DNA of 64,000 nt, from positions 1-64,000 of IMG/VR virus record IMGVR_UViG_2645727714_000001; one strand, written 5' to 3'. Positions 19,434 to 28,704 of the stretch are shown piece by piece. Under the pieces are notes generated by a model. The model searched no databases. It saw only the letters and a program-made list of their open reading frames with translations, and was not told where the DNA came from. The position numbers and the translations under genes are program-made. How positions within the stretch are numbered: position 1 is the stretch's first letter; every line of letters begins with the position of its first letter. The stretch comes from a virus. Its lineage: Duplodnaviria; Caudoviricetes.

Positions 19434-21710
19434 ATGGCATCGGTTAAGAGGGCTCCGACCAAGCGGCGCAAGCCCCTCTCGACGTACGACCTCAGCGACC
19501 CGCGCTTCTGGATCGTTGGGGGGTGGCGTCTTGGCCTCGGGTCCGTTCGCGTAAGTGCCGCTGGGCACGACCGCTGGCGAACCTGGGGCGACATCGCAAC
19601 GCCCGTGGCCGGTGCCGGCTCTCTCTACCTGCTGTCCGCCTTGGGTGCGGACCCGCTCGGCCCGCTGGGGCCGACGCTGCTGGAGTCCGACCTCTTCGAC
19701 CTGACCGACCCCTACCGCCTGACCGCCGCCGCCCTCGGCGGCACCGCCGCACTGCTGCACCAGCGGTCCGACACCGCACGCGGCCATCGAGAGCGGCGCG
19801 CTGTGCTCAAGGCCTTCGCTGAGCTGAACGCGGGCGAGGGCCCGACGCTGCTGCACCCGTCCGGCCGCCCGGTGCAGGTGAAGCTGCCTGAGCCGACCCT
19901 GGCTGGCGCCCGATTCGTGATGAAGATTCCCGACGGCGTCACCGAGGCAGAGCTGCTCCAGGCCGCCCAGCGCCTGGCCCCGATGCTCAAAGGCCGTGTG
20001 TCGATGCGCCCCACGGTCGCCCCGGCCTCCGGCCGCAAGGTCCTGGCCGCCCTGGCCAGCGGTGCCGCGACCAAGACGGTCACCGTGGCTCGCAGGGCCC
20101 GGACCGTCGAGGCAACTGAGCCGAAGCCGGCGCGCAACCCCCTTGAGGAATTCCTCGCCTGCTCGCACGTCGAGGTCAACATCCGCCGGCGCGAGACGCT
20201 GAACACGACCGTGCCCTGGGAGGGCCTGGAGGAGATCCGCCGCGCGGGCGCGAACTACAAGGGCCGCTACGTGCAGGATCCGTGGCACATCGGTCGTGAC
20301 GAGGACGGTAAGTCCGTCTACGACACGATCTTCGCCCGCAACAAGTTGTCCGGAGGTGAGGCCGGAAGCGGAAAGTCCACCGGTGAGCACGTCGACATCT
20401 GCGCGGTGAGTCAGGACCCCCGCGCTCGGAACTTCTTCATCGATCCGTCCGGTGGTGCGGAGTTCGGCTTCTGGGAGCCGCTGGCCGCCCCGATCAAGGG
20501 TCGCTGCGGTGTGGCCTACACGGTGGAGGATGCGTACGCGCTCCTGCGTGACCTGCACGCCGAGGGGGTGGCCGCGCTTCAGTGGATGGCCGACACCGCG
20601 AACGAGCGCGAGGCCGCCGGACTGCCGCGGACCAACGTCGCCCGTGGCGAAACGACCACGTGGATCTGGATAGACGAGCTGCTGGCGCTGACCCGCCATC
20701 CGGATAAGAAGCTGGCGGACGCTGTCTCCTTCCTGCTGTTCGACATCATCGGGCGGCTCCGCAAGGTCGGCTACCACGTCGTCTGTTCGACACTGAAGCC
20801 GACTGGCGATGTCATCCCGACCTTCGTGCGGGACTTGATCACCATCAAGCAGGTGTTCCGCTGCACGACGGCGGACGCCTCGACGGCCGTGCTGGGCGAC
20901 AAGATCTGGGCGCTGCTCGGCTACGGCGGCCACAAGATCGAGATGAAGGCCCCGAAGGGGATCTCCTACCTGCTCGGCACCGAGGGCTACCCGCTGCGCA
21001 TGCGCTCGGCCTTCGTGGACAACGAGGTTCGTGACGGCCAGGAGATCAGCGAGCGGCACGAGGTGCTCAACGCGGCCCTGCGTCTGCGCGGGCTGCCCGA
21101 GGTGCCGCCGTTGGTGAAGAACATCGACCCGGCGCGCGCCGCACTGCTGGACCCGTCCCGCCCGCAGGTTCGGGAGTCGGTCACCCTCACGCCCCCGGCG
21201 TCGGCCGGCGCGGACGTCACCCCGGTGCCCGCGCAGCGAGTCTCCACCGCGAAGGTGGCCGCCCCGACCCCAGCTCCCGCTCCTGTCGAGGTGGAGCCCG
21301 AGCCCTCCCCCAACGTCGCCGAGACCGAGGAGGTCGACAGCCTTGCCGAGGTGCTCCGCGTCGCCGCCGAGATGGCCGTCGAGGCCGGACACGTCACCCC
21401 CCGGATGCTCCAGGTCCGTCTCGGGTTGGACTTCGACGCCTGCGCCTGGGTGCTGGGCCAGCTGACCGACCGCAAGGTCATCGGTTCCGCCTCCGGCGAT
21501 TCCGGGGCGCGCAAGGTCCTGGCCTCGGCCGCGGACCTGGACCGCTTGCTCGCTGACGAGGACGAGGACAACCCCCCGCCTCCCGCCGACCCGACCGAGA
21601 CCGCCCGCGCGGGCTACGCGCAGCGCCAGCACCGCCGCCGTCCCGACAAGCGCACCCGTAACGCCGCCCGTGAGACCGCAGGCGCCGGCTCCAGCTCAAG
21701 GGAGGGCTGA
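19434..21710 (+). CDS. TraB-like FtsK/SpoIIIE DNA translocase with gamma-like wHTH
   Basis: Walker A GGEAGSGKST, IDPSGG.E, Walker B WIWIDE, GRLRKVG; C-terminal TPRMLQVRLGLDFD.C..VL.QL....VIG....GARKVL. Confidence 0.85.
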   Translation: MASVKRAPTKRRKPLSTYDLSDPRFWIVGGWRLGLGSVRVSAAGHDRWRTWGDIATPVAGAGSLYLLSALGADPLGPLGPTLLESDLFDLTDPYRLTAAALGGTAALLHQRSDTARGHRERRAVLKAFAELNAGEGPTLLHPSGRPVQVKLPEPTLAGARFVMKIPDGVTEAELLQAAQRLAPMLKGRVSMRPTVAPASGRKVLAALASGAATKTVTVARRARTVEATEPKPARNPLEEFLACSHVEVNIRRRETLNTTVPWEGLEEIRRAGANYKGRYVQDPWHIGRDEDGKSVYDTIFARNKLSGGEAGSGKSTGEHVDICAVSQDPRARNFFIDPSGGAEFGFWEPLAAPIKGRCGVAYTVEDAYALLRDLHAEGVAALQWMADTANEREAAGLPRTNVARGETTTWIWIDELLALTRHPDKKLADAVSFLLFDIIGRLRKVGYHVVCSTLKPTGDVIPTFVRDLITIKQVFRCTTADASTAVLGDKIWALLGYGGHKIEMKAPKGISYLLGTEGYPLRMRSAFVDNEVRDGQEISERHEVLNAALRLRGLPEVPPLVKNIDPARAALLDPSRPQVRESVTLTPPASAGADVTPVPAQRVSTAKVAAPTPAPAPVEVEPEPSPNVAETEEVDSLAEVLRVAAEMAVEAGHVTPRMLQVRLGLDFDACAWVLGQLTDRKVIGSASGDSGARKVLASAADLDRLLADEDEDNPPPPADPTETARAGYAQRQHRRRPDKRTRNAARETAGAGSSSREG

Positions 21711-21713
21711 TCC

Positions 21714-22004
21714 ATGGAGATCGCCGCGATCGCCGCCGAGGCAATCCTGACCATCTACTTCTTCCTGCTGGTCATTCGCTGGGGCGTGGACCTGCTGACC
21801 CGGGTGGGCCTGTTGCGTGAGCCGAACCGGGGCGTGGCGCTGGCCCTGGAAGGGCTGCGTACCACCACCGATCCGCTGCTGGGCCCGATCGGCAAGCGCG
21901 TGCCGCCGCTGCGGTTCGGGTCGCTCGCCTTCGATCTCTCGTTCCCGCTGCTGCTGATCCTGCTGCCCATCGTCAACGCCTTCATCACCGCGCTCGCCGG
22001 CTGA
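21714..22004 (+). CDS. YggT-family membrane protein (YlmG/SepG-like)
   Basis: IYFFLLVIRW..., TTDPLLGPIGKRVPPLRFGSLAFDLSF. Confidence 0.85.
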   Translation: MEIAAIAAEAILTIYFFLLVIRWGVDLLTRVGLLREPNRGVALALEGLRTTTDPLLGPIGKRVPPLRFGSLAFDLSFPLLLILLPIVNAFITALAG

Positions 22005-22026
22005 GACCCGGCAGGGAGGAACCGCC

Positions 22027-22569
22027 ATGGCGAAGACCGTGAAGTGCCCCCGCAAGGGCTGTGAAAAGGAGTTCAAGGTCGGCTTGGTCGGCAGCCTCGT
22101 AGGCCACCGCAAGCTGTGCAAGACCTGCCGTGTTGACCTGGTGGACCCGGGCGTCCGGGTCAAGGGCGGCGTCGGTGAGATGCGATTCGCGCCCTGGCAC
22201 AAGCCAGACCGTCGCCACGTCACCAACTCCATGCTCGGCAACCGCCCACAGAGCGCCGCCGAGCGCAAGCGCGCCGCCGTCATGCACGGACTGGCCAACA
22301 ACCCCAACTTCCAGGTTCGTCCCGGCGATTTCGAGCAGCCGGACATGACCATCCAGCTTGACCCCGACTCGGGCACGGCCGAGGTCAACTTCGGCCCGGA
22401 CTTCGGCTTCCTGGACGCCCACCGCGGCCGTGTCGGCCGGGCGCGTTTCGCAGCTGATCGCGGCCTCGGTCCCGCCCCCGAGATCGATGAGACAGAACTG
22501 CTCGGCTCCTCCTACGACTTCGACGGCGGCGTCATTGACAGCGAGGTCCTCAACACCACCTACCTCTGA
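22027..22569 (+). CDS. Hypothetical protein with Cys/His-rich N-terminus
   Basis: GGAGG RBS; CPRKGC..H..CKTC. Confidence 0.7.
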   Translation: MAKTVKCPRKGCEKEFKVGLVGSLVGHRKLCKTCRVDLVDPGVRVKGGVGEMRFAPWHKPDRRHVTNSMLGNRPQSAAERKRAAVMHGLANNPNFQVRPGDFEQPDMTIQLDPDSGTAEVNFGPDFGFLDAHRGRVGRARFAADRGLGPAPEIDETELLGSSYDFDGGVIDSEVLNTTYL

Positions 22570-22610
22570 CCTCAACACCTACCTGGATGTCCCTCAGAAG
22601 GGAGACCACC

Positions 22611-22841
22611 ATGCCACCTCCGTACCGCTGGCCGGGCACCGTGTTGGTGCACGACCAGCAGGTCCCGATCCCGGGGCCGGGCGAGCAGAGCGACCCCGCC
22701 TGGACGCTGGAAAGCGTCCAGGCCGACAACGCCGACGAGCACGAGGCGGGCCGTCACGGCCCGGACTGCCCCGGCGACTGTGCCGAGCGCACCTACGCCC
22801 GCTGGTCGGGCCTGCTGAACACAGAGCTGGTGGCGGCATGA
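22611..22841 (+). CDS. Hypothetical protein
   Basis: GGGAG RBS; coupled to next gene. Confidence 0.55.
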   Translation: MPPPYRWPGTVLVHDQQVPIPGPGEQSDPAWTLESVQADNADEHEAGRHGPDCPGDCAERTYARWSGLLNTELVAA

Positions 22842-23167
22842 GATGGGGCAGGCGCACACCCGCCCCGGTCACCTCGACCGAGCTGGTTCCCACCGAGGCG
22901 CCGGCCCTGGTGACCTGGCAGAAGACGTGCGCTCTGGAGAGCACTGACCGCCGCTACCTGGCCGGTGAGGCGTTGCTGCACGCGGAGTTCGCCGCGCAGG
23001 CCACCGACAGCGCCGGCTTCGGGGCCCTGAACGACTTCCCCACGGAGGAGGTGGCCTCCTACGCCGATGTCGCCCTCGCCCACAGCGCCACCTCGCAGGC
23101 CTACTCCGCCATGCTGGCCGCCCTGAGGCCCGGTGATCTTCCGCGCGACGACGAGGACGACCAGTGA
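22838..23167 (+). CDS. Hypothetical protein, paralog of 23988-24224
   Basis: Shared AL..AEFAA.A.D.AG and SA.SQA.SA.LAA motifs. Confidence 0.65.
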   Translation: MRWGRRTPAPVTSTELVPTEAPALVTWQKTCALESTDRRYLAGEALLHAEFAAQATDSAGFGALNDFPTEEVASYADVALAHSATSQAYSAMLAALRPGDLPRDDEDDQ

Positions 23168-23418
23168 TCGCGGACGGCGTGGCCTCGGCGCTGGCCAACG
23201 GCAGCCTGTCCGCGGACCCGGCCAGGGCGGGCTTGGCTGGCTATGCGCTGCTTCGCCTCTCCCTCGTCGCGCACCGACTGCGCGACGGAGGAGACCTTCT
23301 GACTCCATACGACGCCACCCGGGCCAGCGTGCCGGATCGAGACGACCGTCCCAGCCTGACCTCCGGCCGCTTGGAGCTGGCCGCCAACACCGCCGAACCG
23401 GCATGGCCGACCTTCTGA
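23164..23418 (+). CDS. Hypothetical protein
   Basis: GTGA coupling. Confidence 0.55.
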   Translation: MIADGVASALANGSLSADPARAGLAGYALLRLSLVAHRLRDGGDLLTPYDATRASVPDRDDRPSLTSGRLELAANTAEPAWPTF

Positions 23419-23580
23419 ACCCCTTCAGCGACCTGCCTGTGCCGGTGTCCACGCCGCGCCCGGCCGGGAGGGCCGCACTCCGAGTGATCTTCCGGATCGA
23501 GGCGCCCGTCCGGTCCGACACGGCGCTGGGCGAAGTCCGCCCGATCTCGGCGCCGGGCGCCACCGAGACGGAGGACTGAC

Positions 23581-23784
23581 ATGCGCGAGATCACCGCCGA
23601 CGACATCTACGAGCACCTGATGAGCAGCGTGTCCGACGAGCAGTTGCGGGACCAGGAGACCGACGAGGTTCTCGGCATCTTTGACCTCCGTCCCGACGAC
23701 ACGATCCACGTCAACGAGCCGGACGTGTACCCAACGCGGATCCTCGGCAGGTTCCGCGTGCACGTCGAGAAGGTCGAGGACTGA
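23581..23784 (+). CDS. Small acidic protein (FRVxVE family)
   Basis: GGAGGA RBS; ends GRFRVHVEKVED. Confidence 0.7.
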   Translation: MREITADDIYEHLMSSVSDEQLRDQETDEVLGIFDLRPDDTIHVNEPDVYPTRILGRFRVHVEKVED

Positions 23785-23785
23785 G

Positions 23786-23986
23786 GTGGCCATCTCCGCT
23801 ACGACCATCCGCGAGCGCCTGCTGGCCGGGCTGGTCGACGACAACGCGCTCGTCTACGACGACGGCCACGAGGTCCAGCTCATGAGGGACTTCGCGGGCG
23901 CCGACGTTACGGCCGTCGACCTGGACTCGCCGGAACATCCGACTGCGGGCCGCTTCCGGGTGACCGTCGAGAAGCTGGAGGACTGA
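23786..23986 (+). CDS. Small acidic protein (FRVxVE family)
   Basis: Ends GRFRVTVEKLED. Confidence 0.7.
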   Translation: MAISATTIRERLLAGLVDDNALVYDDGHEVQLMRDFAGADVTAVDLDSPEHPTAGRFRVTVEKLED

Positions 23987-23987
23987 C

Positions 23988-24224
23988 ATGTTCGCCGACA
24001 AGTTCGCGAGTGACGATCGTTCGGCGCGGCAGGGCCTTCTCGGCCACGCGCTGGAGAACGCCGAGTTCGCGGCGGAGGCCGCCGATCTGGCGGGCGCCGA
24101 GCATCTGGACGACGACGGATTCCGGCGCGCCGTGGGCCGCGCGAGCGCGTTCTCGGCGGCGTCGCAGGCGTTCTCTGCGCTGCTCGCGGCGACCGTCCCC
24201 GCGGACTTCGGGGACGAGTCGTAG
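23988..24224 (+). CDS. Hypothetical protein, paralog of 22838-23167
   Basis: GGAGGA RBS; shared motifs. Confidence 0.65.
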   Translation: MFADKFASDDRSARQGLLGHALENAEFAAEAADLAGAEHLDDDGFRRAVGRASAFSAASQAFSALLAATVPADFGDES

Positions 24225-24277
24225 GCGCTCGTCGACTCCGGCCCGCACCAACCCAAGAACCGAAGGAGGGAATTGGC

Positions 24278-24841
24278 ATGAGCACCCTGACCACCGAGGA
24301 CGCCGTGGCCACGCAGACGATCGACGACGTTCTCAACCATCTGGACGAGGCATTCGGCGATGCCGACCTCGTCTCGACCGACACCGGCGAGACGGCCGGC
24401 GGCACGCGCTTCGACCCCGAGTCTGGCCTGCTGACCGTCCACGAGCCGGACGGCTGTCCCGGCCGGCCGCGCGCCTACTTCCGGGTGACCGTGGAGCCGA
24501 TCCCGCTGGTCGAGGGCCCGCAGGTCCTCGACGGGGACGCCAACCCCCCGCACGGTCAGGCGGACACCGAGCCGGGCGCCGAGGTCTCCCGCTACGGCCG
24601 GACCGGAATGGTGCTCGGGTGGGGCCACCGCCACAACCTGGAGCGCGGCGACGCCGAGCTGATCGACATCGCGCCCGCCCCCGCGTCGATGTCGGACGCC
24701 GCGTACAGCGCGCTCTGGCTCGCCGTCGCGTGGGGCGTCCCCGCCGGCACCAGCCCGGATGGGTTGGACGACTCCTACGAGCGCGCCTGGATCCCGGCCG
24801 CGGGAACGGTCGCGACGCGGACCTGGTACCCGGCCAACTAG
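24278..24841 (+). CDS. Hypothetical protein with N-terminal FRVxVE-like domain
   Basis: AAGGAGG RBS; RAYFRVTVEP. Confidence 0.7.
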   Translation: MSTLTTEDAVATQTIDDVLNHLDEAFGDADLVSTDTGETAGGTRFDPESGLLTVHEPDGCPGRPRAYFRVTVEPIPLVEGPQVLDGDANPPHGQADTEPGAEVSRYGRTGMVLGWGHRHNLERGDAELIDIAPAPASMSDAAYSALWLAVAWGVPAGTSPDGLDDSYERAWIPAAGTVATRTWYPAN

Positions 24842-24877
24842 TCAATCGGCCGCACGACGGCCACAGGAAGGGTCGAC

Positions 24878-25213
24878 ATGGACATCGAAACGTACGAGAC
24901 CGACGACACGACCACGTTCTGGGGCGCGCTGAACCTGACCGACGGAATCAGTGGCGTGCGGCCCTTCGGTCCGAACGAGGACGGCGCCCGCGCACACATC
25001 GAGAGCACGCCCGACGCCCGGTCGGCACTGCTGAGCCAGGGTCCGGACGACACGCACTGGACCCAGTCCGACCAGTTCGCCGGCGGCGAGTGGATCGGCC
25101 CGGTCTCCCCGCTGGAGTCGGACGCGGTGCGTGACCTGCGTGCGGCGGCGGCGAAGCCGAGGCGGACCACCAAGTCGCGCACCTCGCGTCGCACCCCGGC
25201 GGCCACGCGGTGA
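24878..25213 (+). CDS. Hypothetical protein
   Basis: Codon bias; in operon. Confidence 0.6.
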   Translation: MDIETYETDDTTTFWGALNLTDGISGVRPFGPNEDGARAHIESTPDARSALLSQGPDDTHWTQSDQFAGGEWIGPVSPLESDAVRDLRAAAAKPRRTTKSRTSRRTPAATR

Positions 25214-25301
25214 ACCGGATCCGGGTGGCCGTCTCACGCCTGATGACCGAGGTGGTTCTGGTGGTTCCGGTGCTGATCGCGGGCCTGCTGGTGGCCGCGT
25301 C

Positions 25302-25619
25302 ATGACCACCGTGCTGGACCGGATGACTCTCGCGTCGACCTGGCCGGAGGTGCTGCCGGCGTCCGGTGATGCCGCTCTGGCGGGCGTGGAGCGGATCGCC
25401 CATGCCCTGCTCCACGAGAACGGCCGCGGGCCCGAGGTGGGTGCCCTCGCGGAGCAGCGGGGCGACGCGGTGCGCGCGATCAGCTCCGGCCTGACCTCGG
25501 GCGTGCGCGGTCTGGCCCAGCGACTGAGCCCGCCGGTTCCGATCGACCTGGAGCCGATGCCCGAGGACATCTTCGGCCGGGGCTGGTTCCCCGGCGCCAA
25601 CAACGCCGTGGAGGACTGA
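25302..25619 (+). CDS. Hypothetical protein
   Basis: ATGA coupling to a short upstream hydrophobic ORF (25210-25305). Confidence 0.55.
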   Translation: MTTVLDRMTLASTWPEVLPASGDAALAGVERIAHALLHENGRGPEVGALAEQRGDAVRAISSGLTSGVRGLAQRLSPPVPIDLEPMPEDIFGRGWFPGANNAVED

Positions 25620-25779
25620 TGTTTCGCACCAGCCATGAGGAGCCCGACGACCACGTGGAGCGGACGTTTCGCACCCGTCGCGAGGTTCTTGCGGACCATC
25701 CTGAGTTGGATATCCATGCCCACCCGGATGACTCGGCCGCGGACCTGTCGGGGACGTCGTCTCACTCGGGGCGGCAGTC

Positions 25780-26037
25780 ATGACCGATCCGATCGGCGAC
25801 ATCGTCACCCGGCCGAGTGACTGGAGCCAGGCCAGCACCCCGATCACCACTCCGCTGCGCCGCCGCGAGTTCGTGATCTCCGTACCCGACAGCCCGGAAT
25901 TCGAGCGGGTACTGGACACCCCGCTGCATGTCGTCGAGAGCCTGGAGTTCGCGAGCGGCGTGTACGGCTCCGTGCGCGCGCGGTCGGCCTCCGGCCCGGA
26001 GGACGACTGGACGGCGTCGCAGTGGGCGACGCCATGA
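25780..26037 (+). CDS. Hypothetical protein
   Basis: Coupled chain of ATGA overlaps. Confidence 0.55.
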   Translation: MTDPIGDIVTRPSDWSQASTPITTPLRRREFVISVPDSPEFERVLDTPLHVVESLEFASGVYGSVRARSASGPEDDWTASQWATP

Positions 26038-26321
26038 GCCTGCGGACCTGCTTCCAGGGCCTGCGCATGGTTGCCAGGGTCGACGACGGCGGATCGTCGT
26101 TCGACGACCAGGACCTGCCGGTCGCCAGCGACCGGGTGCTCGACCCGCTGCCGCCCGCGGCCCCAGGCGACCCGGACACGCTGCTGGAGGTCCGGGTGCT
26201 CCTGCCCGAGCGCGATCGCGAGGGAGCGCAGCTCCTGGAGGACGCGCTGAGGGCCAGGCCCGGGGACTGGGTGATGCACTCCCGGAGGGTCCCAGGCTCT
26301 GGTCCGGCGGAGCGGTCATGA
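26034..26321 (+). CDS. Hypothetical protein
   Basis: ATGA overlaps on both sides. Confidence 0.55.
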   Translation: MSLRTCFQGLRMVARVDDGGSSFDDQDLPVASDRVLDPLPPAAPGDPDTLLEVRVLLPERDREGAQLLEDALRARPGDWVMHSRRVPGSGPAERS

Positions 26322-26584
26322 ACCTGCTCGCCCGCATCCAGAAGGTGCTCGACCCGCGCTGCGACCACATCGACTGTGGTGAGCCGTTGCGTGGCGACCG
26401 CCTGACGCTTCCGGTACGGCTCTCCGACAGGGCCGCGGATGTGCTGGGCCGCCGCCATGTCGAGTTCCACGCCGACTGTGCCAACAGCAGCCACCTGCTG
26501 GCCGGTGGCGACGAGTCGTGGCAGGTCGACCAGGACGCCGTCAACCGGGCCCTCGGCCTGGTGCCACCAGTGGGGCCGTCATGA
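26318..26584 (+). CDS. Hypothetical protein with C-x3-C / H-x2-C
   Basis: CDHIDC..FHADC; ATGA overlaps. Confidence 0.55.
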   Translation: MNLLARIQKVLDPRCDHIDCGEPLRGDRLTLPVRLSDRAADVLGRRHVEFHADCANSSHLLAGGDESWQVDQDAVNRALGLVPPVGPS

Positions 26585-26865
26585 CCTTCCATCCATTCTC
26601 CGGCCTGTTCGCGCCTGGTGAGGGTCCGGGTCTGCATGGCGGCGTCGATGACGGTGTCTGCGCGTACGAGCATTCCGGTCGGTGGCGCTCGACGTCCTGC
26701 CGTTCGACCGACACAGTCGCCGTCGTGGCGGGCGCCGGACCCCAAGGCGACGAGCCACTGCTGTGCAGGGATCACGTCGATGCGTGGGCTCAGACCCCTG
26801 AAGCGCGGGATGGCTTTCACAGGATCCACGAGTTCGAACTCAAAACGTCCGCGGAGGATGGATGA
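26581..26865 (+). CDS. Putative C3H zinc-binding protein (paralog 1)
   Basis: FHP.SG...GEGP, CAYE..GRWR...CRS.D, EP.LC..H...WAQTP. Confidence 0.65.
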   Translation: MTFHPFSGLFAPGEGPGLHGGVDDGVCAYEHSGRWRSTSCRSTDTVAVVAGAGPQGDEPLLCRDHVDAWAQTPEARDGFHRIHEFELKTSAEDG

Positions 26866-27170
26866 CCGACGCCATGAGGTTCCATCCGATCGCCGGACTG
26901 CGGCGGTCGGGCGAGGGGCCCAACCTGAGCGAAGACGCAGGCGATGCCTGCGCTTTCGAGGATCACGGCCGGTGGCGGACTACTCGATGCCGCTCGGCCG
27001 ATGTCACCTCTGCCGTGGAGGGGTTTTCCCTCTACGGGGAGCCGTATCTGTGCGCTCCGCACGCCGAGCAGTGGGCGCAGACTCCTGGCGTGCAGGCGGG
27101 GTGCCAAGCCATCTATCCGCTGTACCAACGCGGAGGGCCGCCGATTGACCTGGCGGGAGGCCGATCATGA
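26862..27170 (+). CDS. Putative C3H zinc-binding protein (paralog 2)
   Basis: Same motif order as the upstream gene. Confidence 0.65.
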   Translation: MTDAMRFHPIAGLRRSGEGPNLSEDAGDACAFEDHGRWRTTRCRSADVTSAVEGFSLYGEPYLCAPHAEQWAQTPGVQAGCQAIYPLYQRGGPPIDLAGGRS

Positions 27171-27484
27171 ACCGCAGCCCAGGGTGGGCCGATCTGGGGC
27201 CGGATGCCCCCGACACCGAGGACGCCTACGGCGCGGTGTTCGGCATGCACCCGACACCCGGTCTGGTCGCTTACGACCTCCAGGGCGGTGGCTCCGACGG
27301 CGAGCCGCTCGCTCTGGTCGTGGGGAACGCGGGGCCCGGCGAGGGCTACGAGGCCCTGCCCGGGTTCGACCAGAGCTGGACCGTCACCCCCCAGAAGCGC
27401 GCGGCGGAGGGTGGCCCGCACGAGCCGGACTCCGAGGCCGACGACTGGGCTCCGGCCTCCGTCTACTACCGATACCTCCTCTGA
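27167..27484 (+). CDS. Hypothetical protein
   Basis: GGAGG RBS; followed by an 11-bp-stem hairpin at 27490-27519. Confidence 0.6.
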   Translation: MNRSPGWADLGPDAPDTEDAYGAVFGMHPTPGLVAYDLQGGGSDGEPLALVVGNAGPGEGYEALPGFDQSWTVTPQKRAAEGGPHEPDSEADDWAPASVYYRYLL

Positions 27485-27702
27485 CGAGACGGGCGGCCGG
27501 TCCCGCACCCGGCCGCCCGCTCGCAGTCCACCCCCACCCTCGCCCGCACTCGGGGCGGACCCCACCATCAAGGACACTTCATGATCAACACATTCGCGGC
27601 GGCCGTGGTCGCCATGCTCGCCACCGATGTCTCACCCGCCGCTGGAATGATCGCCGCCGGACTGGCCTTCGTGGCCGTCCCGCTGCTGCGCGGGCGGTTC
27701 CG

Positions 27703-28020
27703 GTGACCCCCGACTGGAGGAACACCGCCACTCGCGTCGGGCTCGGCGCGCTCGCCCCGTTTGTCTCTCCGGTTCTGCCGGAGGGGAACGACAGTGAGGT
27801 GCGCGAGCAGATCAGCTCCATCGCCCGCGACGGCGACAACCGCCTGCTGCCGGTGGTGGCCGGTGCCGCCGCGCTCGGCGCCCTGCGGACCCGGCGCGAT
27901 CAACTCGCCCTGGAAGCCGGGCCGGAACGCCTTGCGCTCGAAGCCGGCCCCACGCCCCTGGAGCTGGAGTCCAGCGACGGGTGGACCCCTGACATGGACC
28001 CCGATCTGGGCTGGGCTTGA
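27703..28020 (+). CDS. Hypothetical protein
   Basis: GTGA overlap with a short hydrophobic ORF 27581-27706; internal LALEAGP repeat. Confidence 0.5.
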   Translation: MTPDWRNTATRVGLGALAPFVSPVLPEGNDSEVREQISSIARDGDNRLLPVVAGAAALGALRTRRDQLALEAGPERLALEAGPTPLELESSDGWTPDMDPDLGWA

Positions 28021-28085
28021 TGACCTCGCCCGAGGAGCTGCCCAGAGAGTGGGACCTCGTCGCCCGCGAAGGCGACGACCTTTAG

Positions 28086-28625
28086 ATGGACACGACCTTT
28101 GCCGTCCTGGGCGCGCTCCTCGGAACCGTCCAGGATCTGGCCCACCTGGACGTGACCGTCGGGTCCGTCCTGCTGGCTGCGGCTCTGGTGGCGGTGCCCG
28201 CTGGGCACGTTGACCGCTGGGTCGAGCGCAAGCGGTTCCGGGTGACCATGTGGCGCCACGGCTACAGCCGGCACCGCGAGTACGTGCGCGGGAGCGAGTG
28301 GAAGGATCGGCGGCGCCGGTACCTGCGCGAGCACGACCCGGCCGAGTGCCGGCTGTGCGCGCGATCCTGGGAGCCGAAGTGGCCGCTGCACCACAAGAGC
28401 TACGAGCGCGCCGGTGGAGGCCAGGAGTTGGACCGCGACCTGATCCCGGTGTGCGAGCGGTGCCACAGCTTCATTCACAGCCTCGACCACAAGCGTGGGC
28501 CGCTGCGCCGGCTCGGATTCTCGCTGCGGCTGACCACCTGGGTGGCGATCGGACTGTGGCTGCCGGTGCGCCTGGCGCGCCGCACGGCCTCGCCGTCCGC
28601 GCCCACGGGGCAGGGCGAGCGCTGA
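28086..28625 (+). CDS. HNH endonuclease with hydrophobic termini
   Basis: EYVRGSEWKDRR, CRLC, LHHKSYER.G.E...DL..VCERCH..IH. Confidence 0.8.
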   Translation: MDTTFAVLGALLGTVQDLAHLDVTVGSVLLAAALVAVPAGHVDRWVERKRFRVTMWRHGYSRHREYVRGSEWKDRRRRYLREHDPAECRLCARSWEPKWPLHHKSYERAGGGQELDRDLIPVCERCHSFIHSLDHKRGPLRRLGFSLRLTTWVAIGLWLPVRLARRTASPSAPTGQGER

Positions 28626-28704
28626 TGCCCGCGGAGGTGCCGCCGACCGGCGCCCGGGGCTTGCGCGTCGCCTCGGGCCCGGTACCGATAGCGTCGAAGC
28701 GTGA

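Noticed and set aside
19392-21632. 746-aa minus-strand ORF
   Set aside because: Antisense shadow of the TraB-like gene, expected in high-GC DNA; no motifs
19434-21710. Chromosomal FtsK or T4SS coupling protein
   Set aside because: Lacks the multi-TM FtsK N-terminus; no relaxase or VirB4 nearby; the Spd-like neighbour favours TraB
19340-22030. clt-like 8-bp TraB recognition repeat array
   Set aside because: No clear multi-copy 8-mer array found near traB by eye; only the two-copy CTGTAGTCA motif reported above
22547-22585. Short duplication CCTCAACACC(AC)CTACCT around the stop of ORF 22027 as an att site
   Set aside because: Adjacent imperfect duplication with no recombinase; more likely slippage
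27904-27970. LALEAGP tandem repeat
   Set aside because: Only 2-3 short degenerate coding units; no further structure
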